The notes beneath the pieces are model-generated. The model searched no databases. It was given only the letters and a program-made list of their open reading frames with translations, and was not told the origin of the DNA. A stretch of DNA of 64,000 nt from positions 62,001 to 126,000 of the forward strand of contig NIVC01001016.1 in the NCBI GenBank assembly GCA_002269645.1, written 5' to 3'. Shown piece by piece: positions 49,019-62,848 of the stretch. The position numbers and the translations under genes were made by a program. This stretch comes from Macrostomum lignano. Lineage: Eukaryota. Each line of letters opens with the position of its first letter. The first letter of the stretch is position 1.

Positions 49019-51047
49019 GAATAAAAAACCTAAAAAAACAGGAGAAAAGTGCAAACCCGAAGGACCTAATCTATAGCTTAATTTTGTTAACAAAGGTGTT
49101 TAATAACTCCGGCCCAACCAGACAAAACTGGCAATGTTCGGGACCCGGGAACAATCAATTTATAAGCCGGTCTAAGCATCGAGCAAAGGAATTCAGGCCA
49201 CGGGAAGCGGGCGTGGAGGGGTTAAGAGAGAGTGAGGAGCAGGCGGGGATTATAGAGAGGCGGCAAGCTGCTCAGCTTCTCCCAGAGGCGAGCCCCCCGC
49301 CCTCAGCACCGCTGCACTGCTCGAGTCAGTCGGTCTCTAGTCTAGGGGAAGTCCAGAGCGCTGGCCTCCTCCCGGCCTGTCCCTGTGGGGCCGGCAGCCG
49401 TGGGTGGATTAGCGACTGCAGTCACCAATGGCTTTGAACTCTGCCGCAAGCTGGATCAGTGGGAAAGTACCCGCTGTACTTTTGCGAGCTTGTTTAGGAA
49501 TAATAGTGCGAACAAACTAGTCGATACCAACAAGATGTTGCAGTGTTCTTTAGTGTCCATTTTTGTAGGAGTCCTTTTCTAGAAGTACTTTTTTACAGCT
49601 CCTAGTGAGTCCTGTTGAGCTCCTATTCAGTCCATATTTACAGCTCCTAGTGAGTCCTGTTGAGCTCCTATTCAGTCCATATTTACAGCTCCTAGTGAGT
49701 CCATATTTACAGCTCCTAGTGAGTCCATATTTACAGCTCCTAGTGAGTCCATATTTACAGCTCCTAGTGAGTCCATATTTACAGCTCCTAGTGAGTCCAT
49801 ATTTACAGCTCCTAGTGAGTCCATATTTACAGCTCCTAGTGAGTCCATATTTACAGCTCCTAGTGAGTCCATATTTACAGCTCCTAGTGAGTCCATATTT
49901 ACAGCTCCTAGTGAGTCCATATTTACAGCTCCTAGTGAGTCCATATTTACAGCTCCTAGTGAGTCCTGTCGAGCTCCCATTGAGTCCATATTTCCACTCA
50001 TCTGAATGAATACGAGACCCAACGGCTCACCTGACCGCTTCTCGTCTCTGCACCGTGGCAATAAAAGTCGGCTTGGAGATGCTCACAGCCGAGTCCAGCT
50101 TCTCAGCTACCTGGTTGCAGACTTTCTCAAACACGTTGAAATCTGAGAACAGTACAGAGACGGTGATTGACAGGGTCAGCGACTGCTGGTTGTGCCGGGT
50201 GACCTCTCGGTTGCTCTTGACACAGTTCTCCTGCGGTATGGGGAAGGCAGCTGTTGCAAGTTACAAGAAAGGAGAGCCGCTAAGAGATTAATCCACACAC
50301 AATCCAGCTACTCCACACTCCAGCTAATCCACACACACTCCAGCTACTCCACACTCCAGCTAATCCACACTCCAGCTAATCCACACTCTATCTAATCCAC
50401 ACACTCCAGCTAATCCAAAATCCAGCTAATCCACACTCCAGCTAATCCACGCTCCAGCTAATCCACACTCTAGCTAATCCACACTCCAGCTAATCCACAC
50501 TCCAGCTGATCCACACTCGCTAATCCACACTCCAGCTAATCCACACTCCAGCTACTCCACACTCTAGCTAATCCACACTCCAGCTACTCCACAACACTCC
50601 AGCTACTCCACACTCCAGCTAATCCACACTCCAGCTAATCCACACTCTAGCTAATCCACACTCCAGCTACTCCACAACACTCCAGCTCACTCCAGCTAAT
50701 CCACACTCCAGTTAATCTCCACTCCAGCTACTCCACACTCCAGCTAATCCACACTCCAGCTACTCCACACTCCATCTAATCCACACGCCACACTCCAGCT
50801 CCAATCCAAAATCTAGTTAATCACAAATCCAGCTAGCCCGCACCTTGATATGCGAGTTGCCCAGCAGTTGCAGCAGGTAGTTGTACCGCTTGATGGCGCT
50901 GGCGTTGGCCTCCTCGACAGTCTCCTTGGTGGAGCGAATGACAAAAACCACGGAGCACTGGTCAGGCACGACTGGCACCTCGCCAACTCCCAGAACTTCA
51001 ACTGTTTTGCGCTTCTGCTGCTGCTGCTGCTGCTGGATGTCCTCCAT
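48649..51047 (-). CDS. IRAK1BP1: SIMPL-domain (DUF541) protein, IRAK1-binding protein 1 homolog, 225 aa; exons 51047-50844, 50230-50031, 48922-48649
   Basis: VEVLGVGEVPVVPDQCSVVFVIRSTKE..EEA..S..KR.NY, FSDF..FEKVCN..AEKLDSAVSISKP.F, RREASLLAVANAKSKA.DIA...N.TL.KP..I.DE and final RVRVQFEL all track IRAK1BP1. Introns are in phase (0,2); total 678 nt. Confidence 0.85.
48948..49018. repeat. (GATA)n microsatellite
   Basis: Direct. Confidence 0.97.
49595..49990. repeat. 24-bp intronic minisatellite (TCCATATTTACAGCTCCTAGTGAG)
   Basis: Visible array in IRAK1BP1 intron 2. Confidence 0.94.
50295..50805. repeat. 16-bp intronic minisatellite (CCACACTCCAGCTAAT)
   Basis: Visible array in IRAK1BP1 intron 1. 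Confidence 0.92.
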
Positions 51048-52459
51048 TTCGGGGACTTGCAGAATTTATAGATCAATTTCAAGCCAAGCCTGCTGATGCA
51101 ATCAGGTCAGCTGGCATCCATGGCATGAAAATGGGCAAGAAAATAAAAACTAATAAAGCTCAGAGTTTAATCAGGATTTTTCAGGATAGCCAAGGAAAAA
51201 TATTGGTTATATTGTTGAATAGGCCTAATTTATTTAAATTGCCATCTTGCCAATAATGTAATTTTTTTGCATTATTAGTTAATCATTAAAGTAGGCATAG
51301 AAATTATATAATCTGACAGCAAATCAACATTAAAATCCATAAAGTGACGAAAAAGTCAATAATGAAGAAATAAAATCATTTCTATTTTATTAAACTATTT
51401 TTAATAATGAACTATAATTTTTGTACAAAAATATAATTATACTCATGCATGCAAAGAAGAATGGCAGAAAATTCTAATTAAATGTAATATCCTTAAAGTT
51501 TACTTTTTATCTAATGTCTAATTACATAAACAGAAATAAGAATGCAGAAAAAAATAAAAAGTTTCGTATTTCTTTTTCAATAGCAATGCACGTGTTTATA
51601 TTTTATTTTATATTTTATATATTTTTATATTTTATATTTTATATTTTATATTTTATTTATTTGAGTTTGTTGTTCGCTATAATGCAAATCATAGAAAAAA
51701 AGTTTGTCAGTGTAACCAAATAATTATATCATTTAAGAAATAAAAACATACAAAAACAGCTGCAATCACGATTCACTTTTTGTAGGAAAAGATATTTTTA
51801 TTGCAAAAAACGGGAAACAAAAATATTAAACTATAAAGAGCACTCGATTTTCTCAAAGCGCTAGTGTTATGATTAGAGCGAAATAAAATTATACTCTTAA
51901 CTCGCAACAAAAATAGGTAAAAAGCTATCTAGCATTGTAACTAAAAAGATTGTGACTTTTTCATTTAGTTATAACGCTGAGCTTAGATAACGCCGGTAAA
52001 ATTATAATTTCATTTACGTAGTAATTATTTGCATCTATAATAAGATATTTACGCTTTTAGCCCGTAGCAAGGTCAACTTAAGGAGAAAGGACGCGACACT
52101 CATATATTATTCGTATGTATTTTATTCTTGTTTAGGCCTGTTTTAATTATACAAGTTTTATTTTAAAAAGCACTACAAAATACATGTACATGCACAAAAT
52201 TTATCCAAACCCCAGCTCTATTCCACTTTCTAGCTGGAGTCGCATTACAGGCAGCTCCACACAATCCATGTGTTACACACATCTCATTATACATGTACAT
52301 GTAGGTGAAGGAGCAATATTCCTCAAAGATGCTAAAAGACAAGTGCGATGATGATCACATGTACTGAAAAGTAATGCCAGCGATTGGGACTGTAATGCCA
52401 GCGATGCCGGCAGCGACGAAGAAGCCAGCGGCGCCGACGAGAATTACAGCGACGTCGAC

Positions 52460-52740
52460 GTGGGGTTGTAGCCTAGTGGTAATTATAGCGACGTCGGACT
52501 CACGACTTGAAGGTCGACGATCCCGATCCACTAGAACAATATTTGTGTCCTAGAGCGAGACACTTATAATTCTCTCTGCATTGCTTCAAGTTTACCCTGC
52601 TGTAAAGTGCCAGAGCATTAGTTAGCTAGGGTACGAGTAATTGAGGGCCGTACGTGTGTGTGTGGTGACTCCGGCCCATGCAGTCGATCCTTAATTTGGG
52701 ACTGAACAGCCACCGCAGCTTTCAGATTCGCCGCAATACA
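52460..52740 (+). mobile_element. tRNA-derived SINE, family B, with a central domain resembling V/Meta/Deu-type SINE cores
   Basis: Head GGGGTTGTAGCCTAGTGG (A-box), core TGTGTCCTAGAGCGAGACACTT...GCATTGCTTCAAGTTTACCCTGCTGTAAA, and a partial copy at 7325-7470. Confidence 0.6.
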
Positions 52741-53464
52741 TGTACATATTTCATGTAGATGCGGTCATATTTTCATTTTTTTGTACACTATTAAATTCCC
52801 CTCCTTATAGCATTATTTGATATAAATTAAATATTTTACTCGGTATGTTAATTCAGCTCTATTTTAATTTATACAGTAAATTTCAATCAAGCGATTTGCA
52901 TGTAACACTAGCTGTATTCAGAGTAAGCTAAAAGTATAACCATTATCTCAACCAGCTCCTTTGTTTCTTAAATTGAAATAGTTTTAAGTTCCTGTAGGAA
53001 CTCGAAATGAATGTTCCCCAGACTGCCTGACCGAACACACGAGAGGAAAAAATATGAGGGGGGGGGGGTTCAATTCCCGGAGGGATCGTGCGGCGCCTCG
53101 CATTTCCGCAAAAGATGGATTTTATGATTTGAGTCGGGGACGATCGTCGAGAGATGCGCGAAAGAGACGAATCAGCGGAGCTGCAGGCTGCGGAGATCCG
53201 TGCAACCCAATGGTTAAAATGACTCAAAAAGGAAGCGCGGGAGCTGCTAGTATAAAAGAGTTCTCAACGATAAGCGGAACAGAGGAAATAAAAAATTTTC
53301 CTTGCCAACGACTAGCTGTTCTGCTTTTAGAAGAGGCAGATATTGATAATAGCTAGGATTTGCCTCAGCTCTAATCTTTTCAGCTTCATTGACATTTTGG
53401 TGAGTTCATTGAATGCATTTGAAATTTTATTTTCTATATACCGGTACTGCTCTTCAATTTTTAA

Positions 53465-53670
53465 GAATTATCAATATGGCACTGAGTCTCATTATCAGTG
53501 GCACTGAGTCTCATTATCAGTGGCACTGAGTCTCATTTTCAGTGGCACTGAATCTCGATGGAATTGAGTCTCATTATCAATGGCACTGAATCTCATTTTC
53601 AGTGGCAGTGAATCTCGATGGAATTGAGTCTCATTATCAATGGCACTGAATCTCAATGGCACTGAGTCTC
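53465..53670. repeat. ~22-bp repeat (GGCACTGAGTCTCATTATCAGT)
   Basis: Visible degenerate array. Confidence 0.82.
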
Positions 53671-54269
53671 ATTATCTAATAGCGCCGATATTCATTATTA
53701 AATGTTCAGAAGATTATTAATATTGTCAATTTCATAACTTATAATTCACTGCTATAGACAGCACAGTGATTTAGGTAACCATGGCAACCATGCAATCCCA
53801 GCTAACAATTGTCAAAACTATTTTTAATCAAAACTTCCGATTTAAACAAAGCGCATTTGTCATCAATAAACAGGAAGCATGAAGTTCCTCTTTGTGAGTT
53901 CAGTTCTGTCATTGAATCAAGTTTTTAATAGGGCATAACAATTAATGCTATAATCTCAAGTCGACCTTGAGCGATAATTTCATTTGTCAGTTCAGACAAG
54001 AATTGCAGAACTTGGCCTCGTATTGTGAGGCTGTGGCAGATTAACTCTGGCTTTGACTGAATATGACAAGACTTCCCTGCAGCAGTTTAGGTGAGATGCA
54101 GCCGACTTGCATTGTCAGCAGGTGGCGAACGTGACTAAAAACGAATACCCAAGTAATTATTTATAGGCTCTAGTAGTGGTTATATGAATGCCGTTTGTAG
54201 CCTATTGCTGGGCTGCACCCTGATGAAGTTCCTGCATCCCTTCTTTAATAACTACTAGTTTGCACACAG

Positions 54270-55040
54270 TAGCTGCCTGTCACACAGTAGAGAGAGCTGC
54301 CTGTCACACAGTAGAGACCTGTATGTCACACAGTAGAAACTGCTGCCTGTCACACAGTAGAGACCTGTATGTCACACAGTAGAAACTGCTGCCTGTCACG
54401 CAGTAGAGACAGCCAAGGACGACTAAAGTAACGTATATAACTCAAGTAACTTAAGTAGTCCTTGGAGACAGCTGCCTGTCACACAGTAGATACAGCTGCC
54501 TGTCACACAGTAGATACAGCTGCCTGTCACACAGTAGATACAGCTGCCTGTCACACAGTAGATACAGCTGCCTGTCACACAGTAGATACAGCTGCCTGTC
54601 ACACAGTAGATACAGCTGCCTGTCACACAGTAGATACAGCTGCCTGTCACACAGTAGATACAGCTGCCTGTAACACAGTAGAGACCAGCTGTCTGTCACA
54701 TTAAAGAGACCTGCCTGTCACACAGTAGAGACAGCTGCCTGTCACACAGTAGAGACCTGCCTGTCACACAGTAGAGACCTGCCTGTCACACAGTAGAGAC
54801 CTGCCTGTCACACAGTAGAGACCTGCCTGTCACACAGTAGAGACCTGCCTGTCACACAGTAGAGACCTGACTGTAACAGTAGAAACCTGCCTGTCACACA
54901 GTAGAGACCTGCCTGTCACACAGTAGAGACCTGCCTGTCACACAGTAGAGACCTGCCTGTCACACAGTAGAGACCTGCCTGTCACACAGTAGAGACCTGC
55001 CTGTCACACAGTAGAGACCTGCCTGTCACACAGTAGAGAG
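54270..55040. repeat. 22/24-bp minisatellite (GCCTGTCACACAGTAGAGACCT / ...GATACAGCT)
   Basis: Visible array with two unit variants in blocks. Confidence 0.94.
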
Positions 55041-55580
55041 GTGCAGCGTGAAGAAAGAATAGGGCACCGCCGGTTCAAATTATTTCCAAAGTCAGTTGCA
55101 AGAGAAGCTGACCGCAGACCCCACCTCGGCAGCAGCTCAGGTTCCCCATCGCAATCCAAATGCCACGCTCGCGGCAGCCGCTTCTCAGCTATTCCAAGCA
55201 AGCAGAGAGAAATGTTTTTTTCAAACAACGCACTGGCAAAAGGCGGGCAGCTTGCGAGAATTCTGCTGCTTGCAGAGCGGCGGGCTCAGCTGAGGTGTAC
55301 AGGGAGAGACGGAATGGAGGCAGCTGCATTCAGGCAAGACAAAAGCAAGCAAAAGCAACACCAACAGGTGGCTCCTAGGAGCAGAAAATAGGAGAGGCAG
55401 CAGACAGAGAGCTGCGAAAGCCACTTCCGCTCCGTTGCAACAAATGGGAATCTCCCCAGGGGTTCTCAGGAAGCTGAGAGGCTGTTGGCGGTGAAACAAA
55501 TGGATTGACAAATTTCTGATTTTATCAAAAGCGCGTTTTAAAATAAATCCGGCTATTACAGATCTTCAAGTGCTGCAGAT

Positions 55581-58064
55581 ATGGAGCCGTTTCTCACTGA
55601 AGAGGAGTTCAAGGGTGAGAAATATTTTCTTGTCGAAGCCAAGCTATCGCCTGATAATCACAGACATCACCTGATAGTCACAGACATCACCTGATGATCA
55701 AAGACAATACCTGATAATCACAGACATCACCTGATGATCAAAGACATCACCTGATAGTCATAGACATCACCTGATAATCACAAACATCACCTGATAACCA
55801 CAGACATCACCTGATGATCACAGACATCACCTGATGATCAAAGACATCACCTAATGATCACAAACATCACCTGATAACCACAGACATCACCTGATAACCA
55901 CAGACATCACCTGATGATCACAGACATCACCTGATGATCAAAGACATCACCTAATGATCACAAACATCACCTGATAACCACAGACATCACCTGATAACCA
56001 CAGACATCACCTGATAATCACAGACATCACCTGATAATCACAGACATCACCTGATGATCAAAGACATCACCTAATAATCACCGACATCACCTGATGATCA
56101 AAGACATCACCTGATGATCACCGACATCACCTGATGATCACAGACATCACCTGATAACCACAGACGTCACCTGATGATCAAAGACATCACCTGATAATCA
56201 CAGGCATCACCTGATAATCAAAGACATCACCTGATGATCAAAGACATCACCTGATGATCAAAGACATCACCTGATGATCAAAGACATCACCTGATGATCA
56301 AAGACATCACCTGATAATCACAGGCATCACCTGATGATCAAAGACATTACCTGATAATCACAGGCATCACCTGATAATCAAAGACATCACCTGATGATCA
56401 AAGACATCACCTGATGATCAAAGACATCACCTGATGATCAAAGACATCACCTGATGATCAAAGACATCACCTGATGATCAAAGACATCACCTGATGATCA
56501 AATACATCACCTGATGATCAAAGACATCACCTGATAATCACAGGCATCACCTGATGATCAAAGACATCACCTGATAATCACAGGCATCACCTGATGATCA
56601 AAGACATCACCTGATAATCACAGACATCACCTAATAATCACAAACATCACCTGATAATCACACAGACATCACCTGATAATCACCGACATCACCTGATAAC
56701 CACAGACATCACCTGATAATCACAGACATCACCTGATAATCACAGACATCACCTGATGATCAAAGACATCACCTAATAATCACCGACATCACCTGATGAT
56801 CACAGACATCACCTGATGATCAAAGACATCACCTAATGATCACAAACATCACCTGATAACCACAGACATCACCTGATAATCACAGGCATCACCTGATAAT
56901 CAAAGACATCACCTGATGATCAAAGACATCACCTGATAATCACAGACATCACCTAATAATCACAAACATCACCTGATAATCACACAGACATCACCTGATA
57001 ATCACCGACATCACCTGATAACCACAGACATCACCTGATAATCACAGACATCACCTGATAATCACAGACATCACCTGATGATCAAAGACATCACCTAATA
57101 ATCACCGACATCACCTGATGATCACAGACATCACCTGATGATCAAAGACATCACCTAATGATCACAAACATCACCTGATAACCACAGACATCACCTGATA
57201 ACCACAGACATCACCTGATAATCACAGACATCACCTGATAATCACAGACATCACCTGATGATCAAAGACATCACCTAATAATCACCGACATCACCTGATG
57301 ATCAAAGACATCACCTGATGATCACCGACATCACCTGATGATCACAGACATCACCTGATAACCACAGACGTCACCTGATGATCAAAGACATCACCTGATA
57401 ATCACAGGCATCACCTGATAATCAAAGACATCACCTGATGATCAAAGACATCACCTGATGATCAAAGACATCACCTGATGATCAAAGACATCACCTGATG
57501 ATCAAAGACATCACCTGATGATCAAATACATCACCTGATGATCAAAGACATCACCTGATAATCACAGGCATCACCTGATGATCAAAGACATCACCTGATA
57601 ATCACAGGCATCACCTGATAATCAAAGACATCACCTGATGATCAAAGACATCACCTGATAATCACAGACATCACCTAATAATCACAAACATCACCTGATA
57701 ATCACACAGACATCACCTGATAATCACCGACATCACCTGATAACCACAGATATCACCTGATAATCACCGACATCACCTGATAACCACAGACATCATCTGA
57801 TGATCACGTCACCTAAAAGTCACAAAAAATTCTGATGTATACATTAACAAAAATGTTCGAATTCCTAATCTCAAAGAGAGCAGCAAAAATCCTTTAAAAT
57901 CCATTCGAATATTCAAACAGAAATGCGAGAGGCATTCGATATATTCGACCAGAACAGCTCGGGCTACATCGAGAGCTTCGAACTCAGGAACGTGCTGCAG
58001 GCGATGGGCCAGAATCCGACTCAGAAAGAGATTGACAGCATCATACAGGAAGCTGATGTCATTG
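55581..58064 (+). CDS. Calmodulin-like EF-hand protein, partial (exons 55581-55614, 57921-58064); later exons not found, probably in or beyond the N gap
   Basis: MEPFLTEEEFK|EMREAFDIFDQNSSGYIESFELRNVLQAMGQNPTQKEIDSIIQEADVIG gives EF-hand 1 and the start of EF-hand 2. The phase-1 intron joins correctly. Confidence 0.82.
55655..57805. repeat. 20-bp intronic minisatellite (CACAGACATCACCTGATAAT and variants), ~2.1 kb
   Basis: Visible array filling calmodulin-like intron 1. Confidence 0.96.
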
Positions 58065-58144
58065 GTAAGGAAATTCAATGCACTTTGATCTTGGGTTCAG
58101 CATCGTTGATATCTACGCTCGTACCATACTAAAAATAAGTTGTC

Positions 58145-58860
58145 TCCGCAGAATGTTCCGGAGCTTAAACATGACCCACAGAATGTTCCGGAGCTTGAAC
58201 ATGATACACAGAATGTTCCGGAGCTTGAGCATGACATAGAATATTACGGAGCTTGAACTTGACATATAATGTTCCGGAGCTTGAACATGACATAGAATAT
58301 TCCGGAGCTTGAACATGACATAGAATGTTCCGGAGCTTGAACATGACATAGAATGTTCCGGAGCTTGAACATGACATAGAATGTTCAGGAGTTTGAACAT
58401 GACATAGAATTTTCAGGAGTTTGAACATGACCCACAGAATGTTCAGGAGTTTGAACATGACATAGAATTTTCAGGAGCTTGAACATGACCCACAGAATGT
58501 TCAGGAGCTTGAACATGACATAGAATGTTCCGGAGCTTGAACATGACATAGAATGTTCAGGAGTTTGAACATGACATAGAATGTTCAGGAGTTTGAACAT
58601 GACATAGAATTTTCAGGAGCTTGAACATGACCTACAGAATGTTCAGGAGCTTGAACATGACCCACAGAATGTTCAGGAGCTTGAACATGACCCACAGAAT
58701 GTTCAGGAGCTTGAACATGACCCACAGAATGTTCAGGAGCTTGAACATGACATAGAATGTTCCGGAGCTTGAACATGACCCACAGAATGTTCAGGAGCTT
58801 GAACATGACCCACAGAATGTTCAGGAGCTTGAACATGACCCACAGAATGTTCAGGAGCTA
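58145..58860. repeat. 28/30-bp intronic minisatellite (ACAGAATGTTCAGGAGCTTGAACATGACCC)
   Basis: Visible array after exon 2. Confidence 0.94.
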
Positions 58861-58907
58861 ATTAGCATGACCCGCACAATATTTAAGATGCTTAATCATT
58901 TTTTTAA

Positions 58908-59027
58908 NNNNNNNNNNNNNNNNNNNNNNNNNNNNNNNNNNNNNNNNNNNNNNNNNNNNNNNNNNNNNNNNNNNNNNNNNNNNNNNNNNNNNNNNNNNNN
59001 NNNNNNNNNNNNNNNNNNNNNNNNNNN
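58908..59027. other. Assembly gap (N run)
   Basis: Direct. Confidence 1.
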
Positions 59028-61145
59028 ATATTTTGATTCCTGCTTTGTAGAGCTGCGTTACAAGTATTGATTTATGGTTTTATTTCCGTTTCCGTTTCGC
59101 CACATTTGATCTGCGACGATGTGAAAGTTTATCTACCTTTATTATGCGAATGTAGCTAGACGAATCTAATTAGTTTATTTATTTAGTTGCCTTTATCTTA
59201 CGCTCCCATATCACCAAAGACATGGCGAAAGGTAATCTTGTAAATTCCCCCATATGCGTGTGTGTTTTGGGTAAAGCAAAGCTGTGTAGCCGAACTTCGG
59301 CCCCTTTGTATAGTCCGATGTCTGGGGTTTTGTGTAAACACTTGAGTCGCTGCAGGGACTATCGCTATGTTTTATGAATATTTTGCTGCAATACCGCACT
59401 GTATGCATTTTTTATCCACAGTAAATGTATCAGAGGATTTCGTATAGATATTAGCACAAATTAGCATTGGTTTTCCTGCGACTTGGAGCTTTAAGTTTTT
59501 AACGAAAGAGCGGGTATATTAATCAATCAGATTCGCCTCTAGTTCGCGTGCACTTGTGCAACTTATCTACAAACATTGGCTGAGTTTTTTATTTATGCTG
59601 GTGTCTGGCTTAGCTCTGTCTAAATTTAATTTAATGTGTGCTTCATCCCTTTTTTGGGTCGGCGCTCCTTTCTAACTAATCTTTATGAAGGCCGCTGCTA
59701 GCTTACCATTCTAGTTTTTGGTAGACCACACATGACTTTGCTCGTATGTCTACCGGAATTTACCAGTGTTTTACTAGCCCTCTCTAGTCCAACCTTGTGG
59801 TTTTTGGTATCTCGCTGCTACTCCCGGTCCTTCAGTAAAGGCGGGTTCACATTACCACAGAGTAAGCAGGGTCTAAGATTTCTCAAATCAAATTTAACAT
59901 GGCGTGAACCTGTAAATTGATTCAATCAATCTTGGATCCACAGAGCTACGAGCGGTAATGTGAACGGACCTAAGGTTACTGCACCACCCTGGTAGTTCGG
60001 TAGGCTACTTCTACCACTAGTTCTTGGAATCTTCGGGTAGGCAACTTTCCCTTTGCTTCTTCTGTAGTCTACAGTATCCCTCTCTTCAGTGATTCAATAT
60101 ATGGTTTGTAATTTGGTTGTGACGCTTGTGACGGAATGCATGTAGTGACAAGCAAAGGTTAATTTAATGGCAGACACCTATACTTTGCAGCACTGCAGTT
60201 AAAATGTCATCGTTGTTCTTTCTGTCTCCAATTCTCTCTGGGTGTCACGTTTGAACGTTCCGTCGCTTTGTCTGAATTCCTGTCGTGTAAGTTCGTGGTA
60301 CTGGATTGAATTTGCATCCGAAATCTCATTTTTTCATTTGGATAATGTTTTTAGTTTTGCTTTATCACGACATTCAGTCAGTCAGTCAGACGGTATTATA
60401 GCTTTGGTAGATAGCAGCAAATTGTTTTTTTTGTTCCGACGCTATGAGAGGACGGATATACGGGGTCGAACGAATGAGGTAATAAATCTTTTTTGACGTA
60501 GATTCTGGAAACATTTATGTATTGTATTCGTGTGTGTGTGTGTGTTTCCTGGCACTAACTTTCTTCTGTTTTGCTGATTCTGGCAAAGTGTCCCGGCGTG
60601 GCCGCACGAATTGCTTTGCAAAGTATGTTTTTGTGCGTAGTTTAGTAGGTGTATTATGTGTGGGAAGCATCTGAATTACACAAAGCATTTCGATAGGAGT
60701 TAGGCTTGCGTTCGATCATCAAAAAAGTTTTTCATGGTCCTCCCATCCGCAACCAAGCCTTTTACTTCCCTCTTGTGGGCCACTCCTAGATTGCACTTAA
60801 GGACTGGATCCCATTATTAAACATTCCTGGTGGTACAGTCGAATGGGCTTTCCATCTGTGTTGACTAACGACCGATTTCCATCTCGAGTCAGGCATTATT
60901 AATATATAAAGTAAAGGCTTATAAAGTGCATATTTCTAAAATCTAAGGAATGGGATATTAAGATCAAATTTATAGCGAATGTTTTGCACTTTTAGACAGG
61001 ACAGTTTTGTTTTATTTTCAAAGACTGAATCGATGTGGTTGTGTTTTAGCTGTTTTGCCTTAATGCCTTGTGATCGGATTGAGTCGAGACGGGCTAAAGC
61101 TTCCAGCGTGACGCTGACGCTGTAATCACAAAATAAATACAGTCT

Positions 61146-62848
61146 TGTGGCGGCCAGACTACGCGACCGGCAGCACCAGTGCAGCCGCACTGGAAACCCC
61201 CCCGCCTCTGTCTAGCTGAGGTGGGGTGGGTACGCGCCAAGCTAGCCGGCTCGCTAAGCCGGGGGGTTGGCGTAGCCAATCACGCCATGCCACCTTTTCG
61301 CACCTCCCTTGGCCCTCAATCTGGCGTTGTTTGTAAATCTCATATAAATACACGCGCAAAGCAGCACAAACTCTTCGCTGCCATTCCATCTATTGAAACA
61401 AAAAGGCCTTCCGCCTCATTGGTGAGCCCGACACCCAGCGCGGAACGCTGGGCCTACCTGGTCGGCCCTGTGCGGTCCTGGCAGCCAACCGCCTTGGCCG
61501 ACTGCAACGGCAGCACCGCAGCACAGCAGCACCGCAGCACCGCAGCACCGCAGCACCGCAGCACCGCAGCACAGCAGCACCGCAGCCCAGCAGCACCGCA
61601 GCCCAGCAGCACGAATCGGCCAGTCAGCCCGCCCCCCGGTAGCTCCTGGGGTCTCGCCTTTCGGCCCCCGCGTTGGACCAACCAGCGCCACACGCTGCAG
61701 CTACTTCTAGGTTAGCACCGCTGCTGCTAGCCTAACGTCCCCAGCCTCTGTGCAGGAGCATCGATCCGGCTCACGGCGGCAACTGACTGTCGATTGCCTC
61801 TGGTGTGGTACGGCCGCGCGCCCTGCTGCCTTCGGCGCCCACCTGGCGCCCTGCTGCCATCGGCGCCCGCCTGGCGCCCTGCTGCTATCGGTGCCCGCCT
61901 GGCGCCCTGCTGCTATCGGCGCACGCCTGGCGTTCTGCTGCCTTCGGCGCCCGCCTGGCGCCCTGCTGCCTTCGGCGCCCGCCTGGCGCCCTGCTGCCTT
62001 CGGCGCCCGCCTCGCGCCCCTGCCGCCTTCGGCGCCCGCCTGGCGCCCTGCTGCTGCCTTCGGCGCCCGCCTGGCGCCCTGCTGCTGCCTTCGGCGCCCG
62101 CCTGGCGCCCTGCTGCTGCCTTCGGCGCCCGCCTGGCGCCCTGCTGCCTTCGGCGCCCGCCTGGCGCCCTGCTGCCTTCGGCGCCCGCCTGGCGCCCTGC
62201 TGCCTTCGGCGCCCGCCTGGCGCCCTGCTGCCTTCGGCGCCCGCCTGGCGCCCTGCTGCCTTCGGCGCCCGCCCGGCGCCCGCCTGGCGCCCTGCTGCTT
62301 TCGGCGCCGCCCGGAGACCGCTCGGCGACCTGCTGCCATCGGCGCCCTCGGCGACCTGCTGCCATCGGCGCCCGCTCGGCGACCTGCTGCCATCGGCGCC
62401 CGCTCGGCGACCTGCTGCCATCGGCGCCCGCTCGGCGACCTGCTGCCATCGGCGCTCTGCTGCCTTCGGCGCCCGCCTCGCGCCCCCGCGCCTTCGGCGC
62501 CCGCTCCTCGGCGCTCTCGCTGCCTCGGCTACCACCGACGTTCGGGGCCTAGCTCGGTGCTGGGGGAGCTGTGTGGCGGCCAGACTACGCGACCGGCAGC
62601 ACCAGTGCAGCCGCACTGGAAACCCCCCCCCCGCCTCTGTCTAGCTGAGGTGGGGTGGGTACGCGCCAAGCTAGCCGGCTCGCTAAGCCGGGGGGGTTGG
62701 CGTAGCCAATCACGCCATGCCACCTTTTCGCACCTCCCTTGGCCCTCAATCTGGCGTTGTTTGTAAATCTCATATAAATACACGCGCAAAGCAGCACAAA
62801 CTCTTCGCTGCCATTCCATCTATTGAAACAAAAAGGCCTTCCGCCTCA
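61146..62848 (+). mobile_element. Non-coding LTR retroelement (TRIM/LARD-like, 1,703 bp): LTRs 61146-61418 and 62572-62848, PBS for tRNA-Trp, minisatellite interior
   Basis: Direct repeats start TG and end CA and differ only in homopolymer lengths. TSD GTCT at 61142-61145 and 62849-62852. TGGTGAGCCCGAC directly follows the 5' LTR; a short GGGGGAG tract precedes the 3' LTR. CCAAT and TATA motifs lie within the LTR. Confidence 0.88.

Noticed and set aside
59028-61140. Possible decayed transposon coding sequence (also 3400-4650, 25600-27780, 62850-64000)
   Set aside because: Coding-like composition in places, but no motif, terminal repeat or TSD that I could identify.
61390-62766. Long Ala/Arg/Pro-rich ORFs inside the LTR element as gag/pol
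   Set aside because: Derived from GC-rich minisatellites; no zinc knuckle, protease, RT or integrase motifs.
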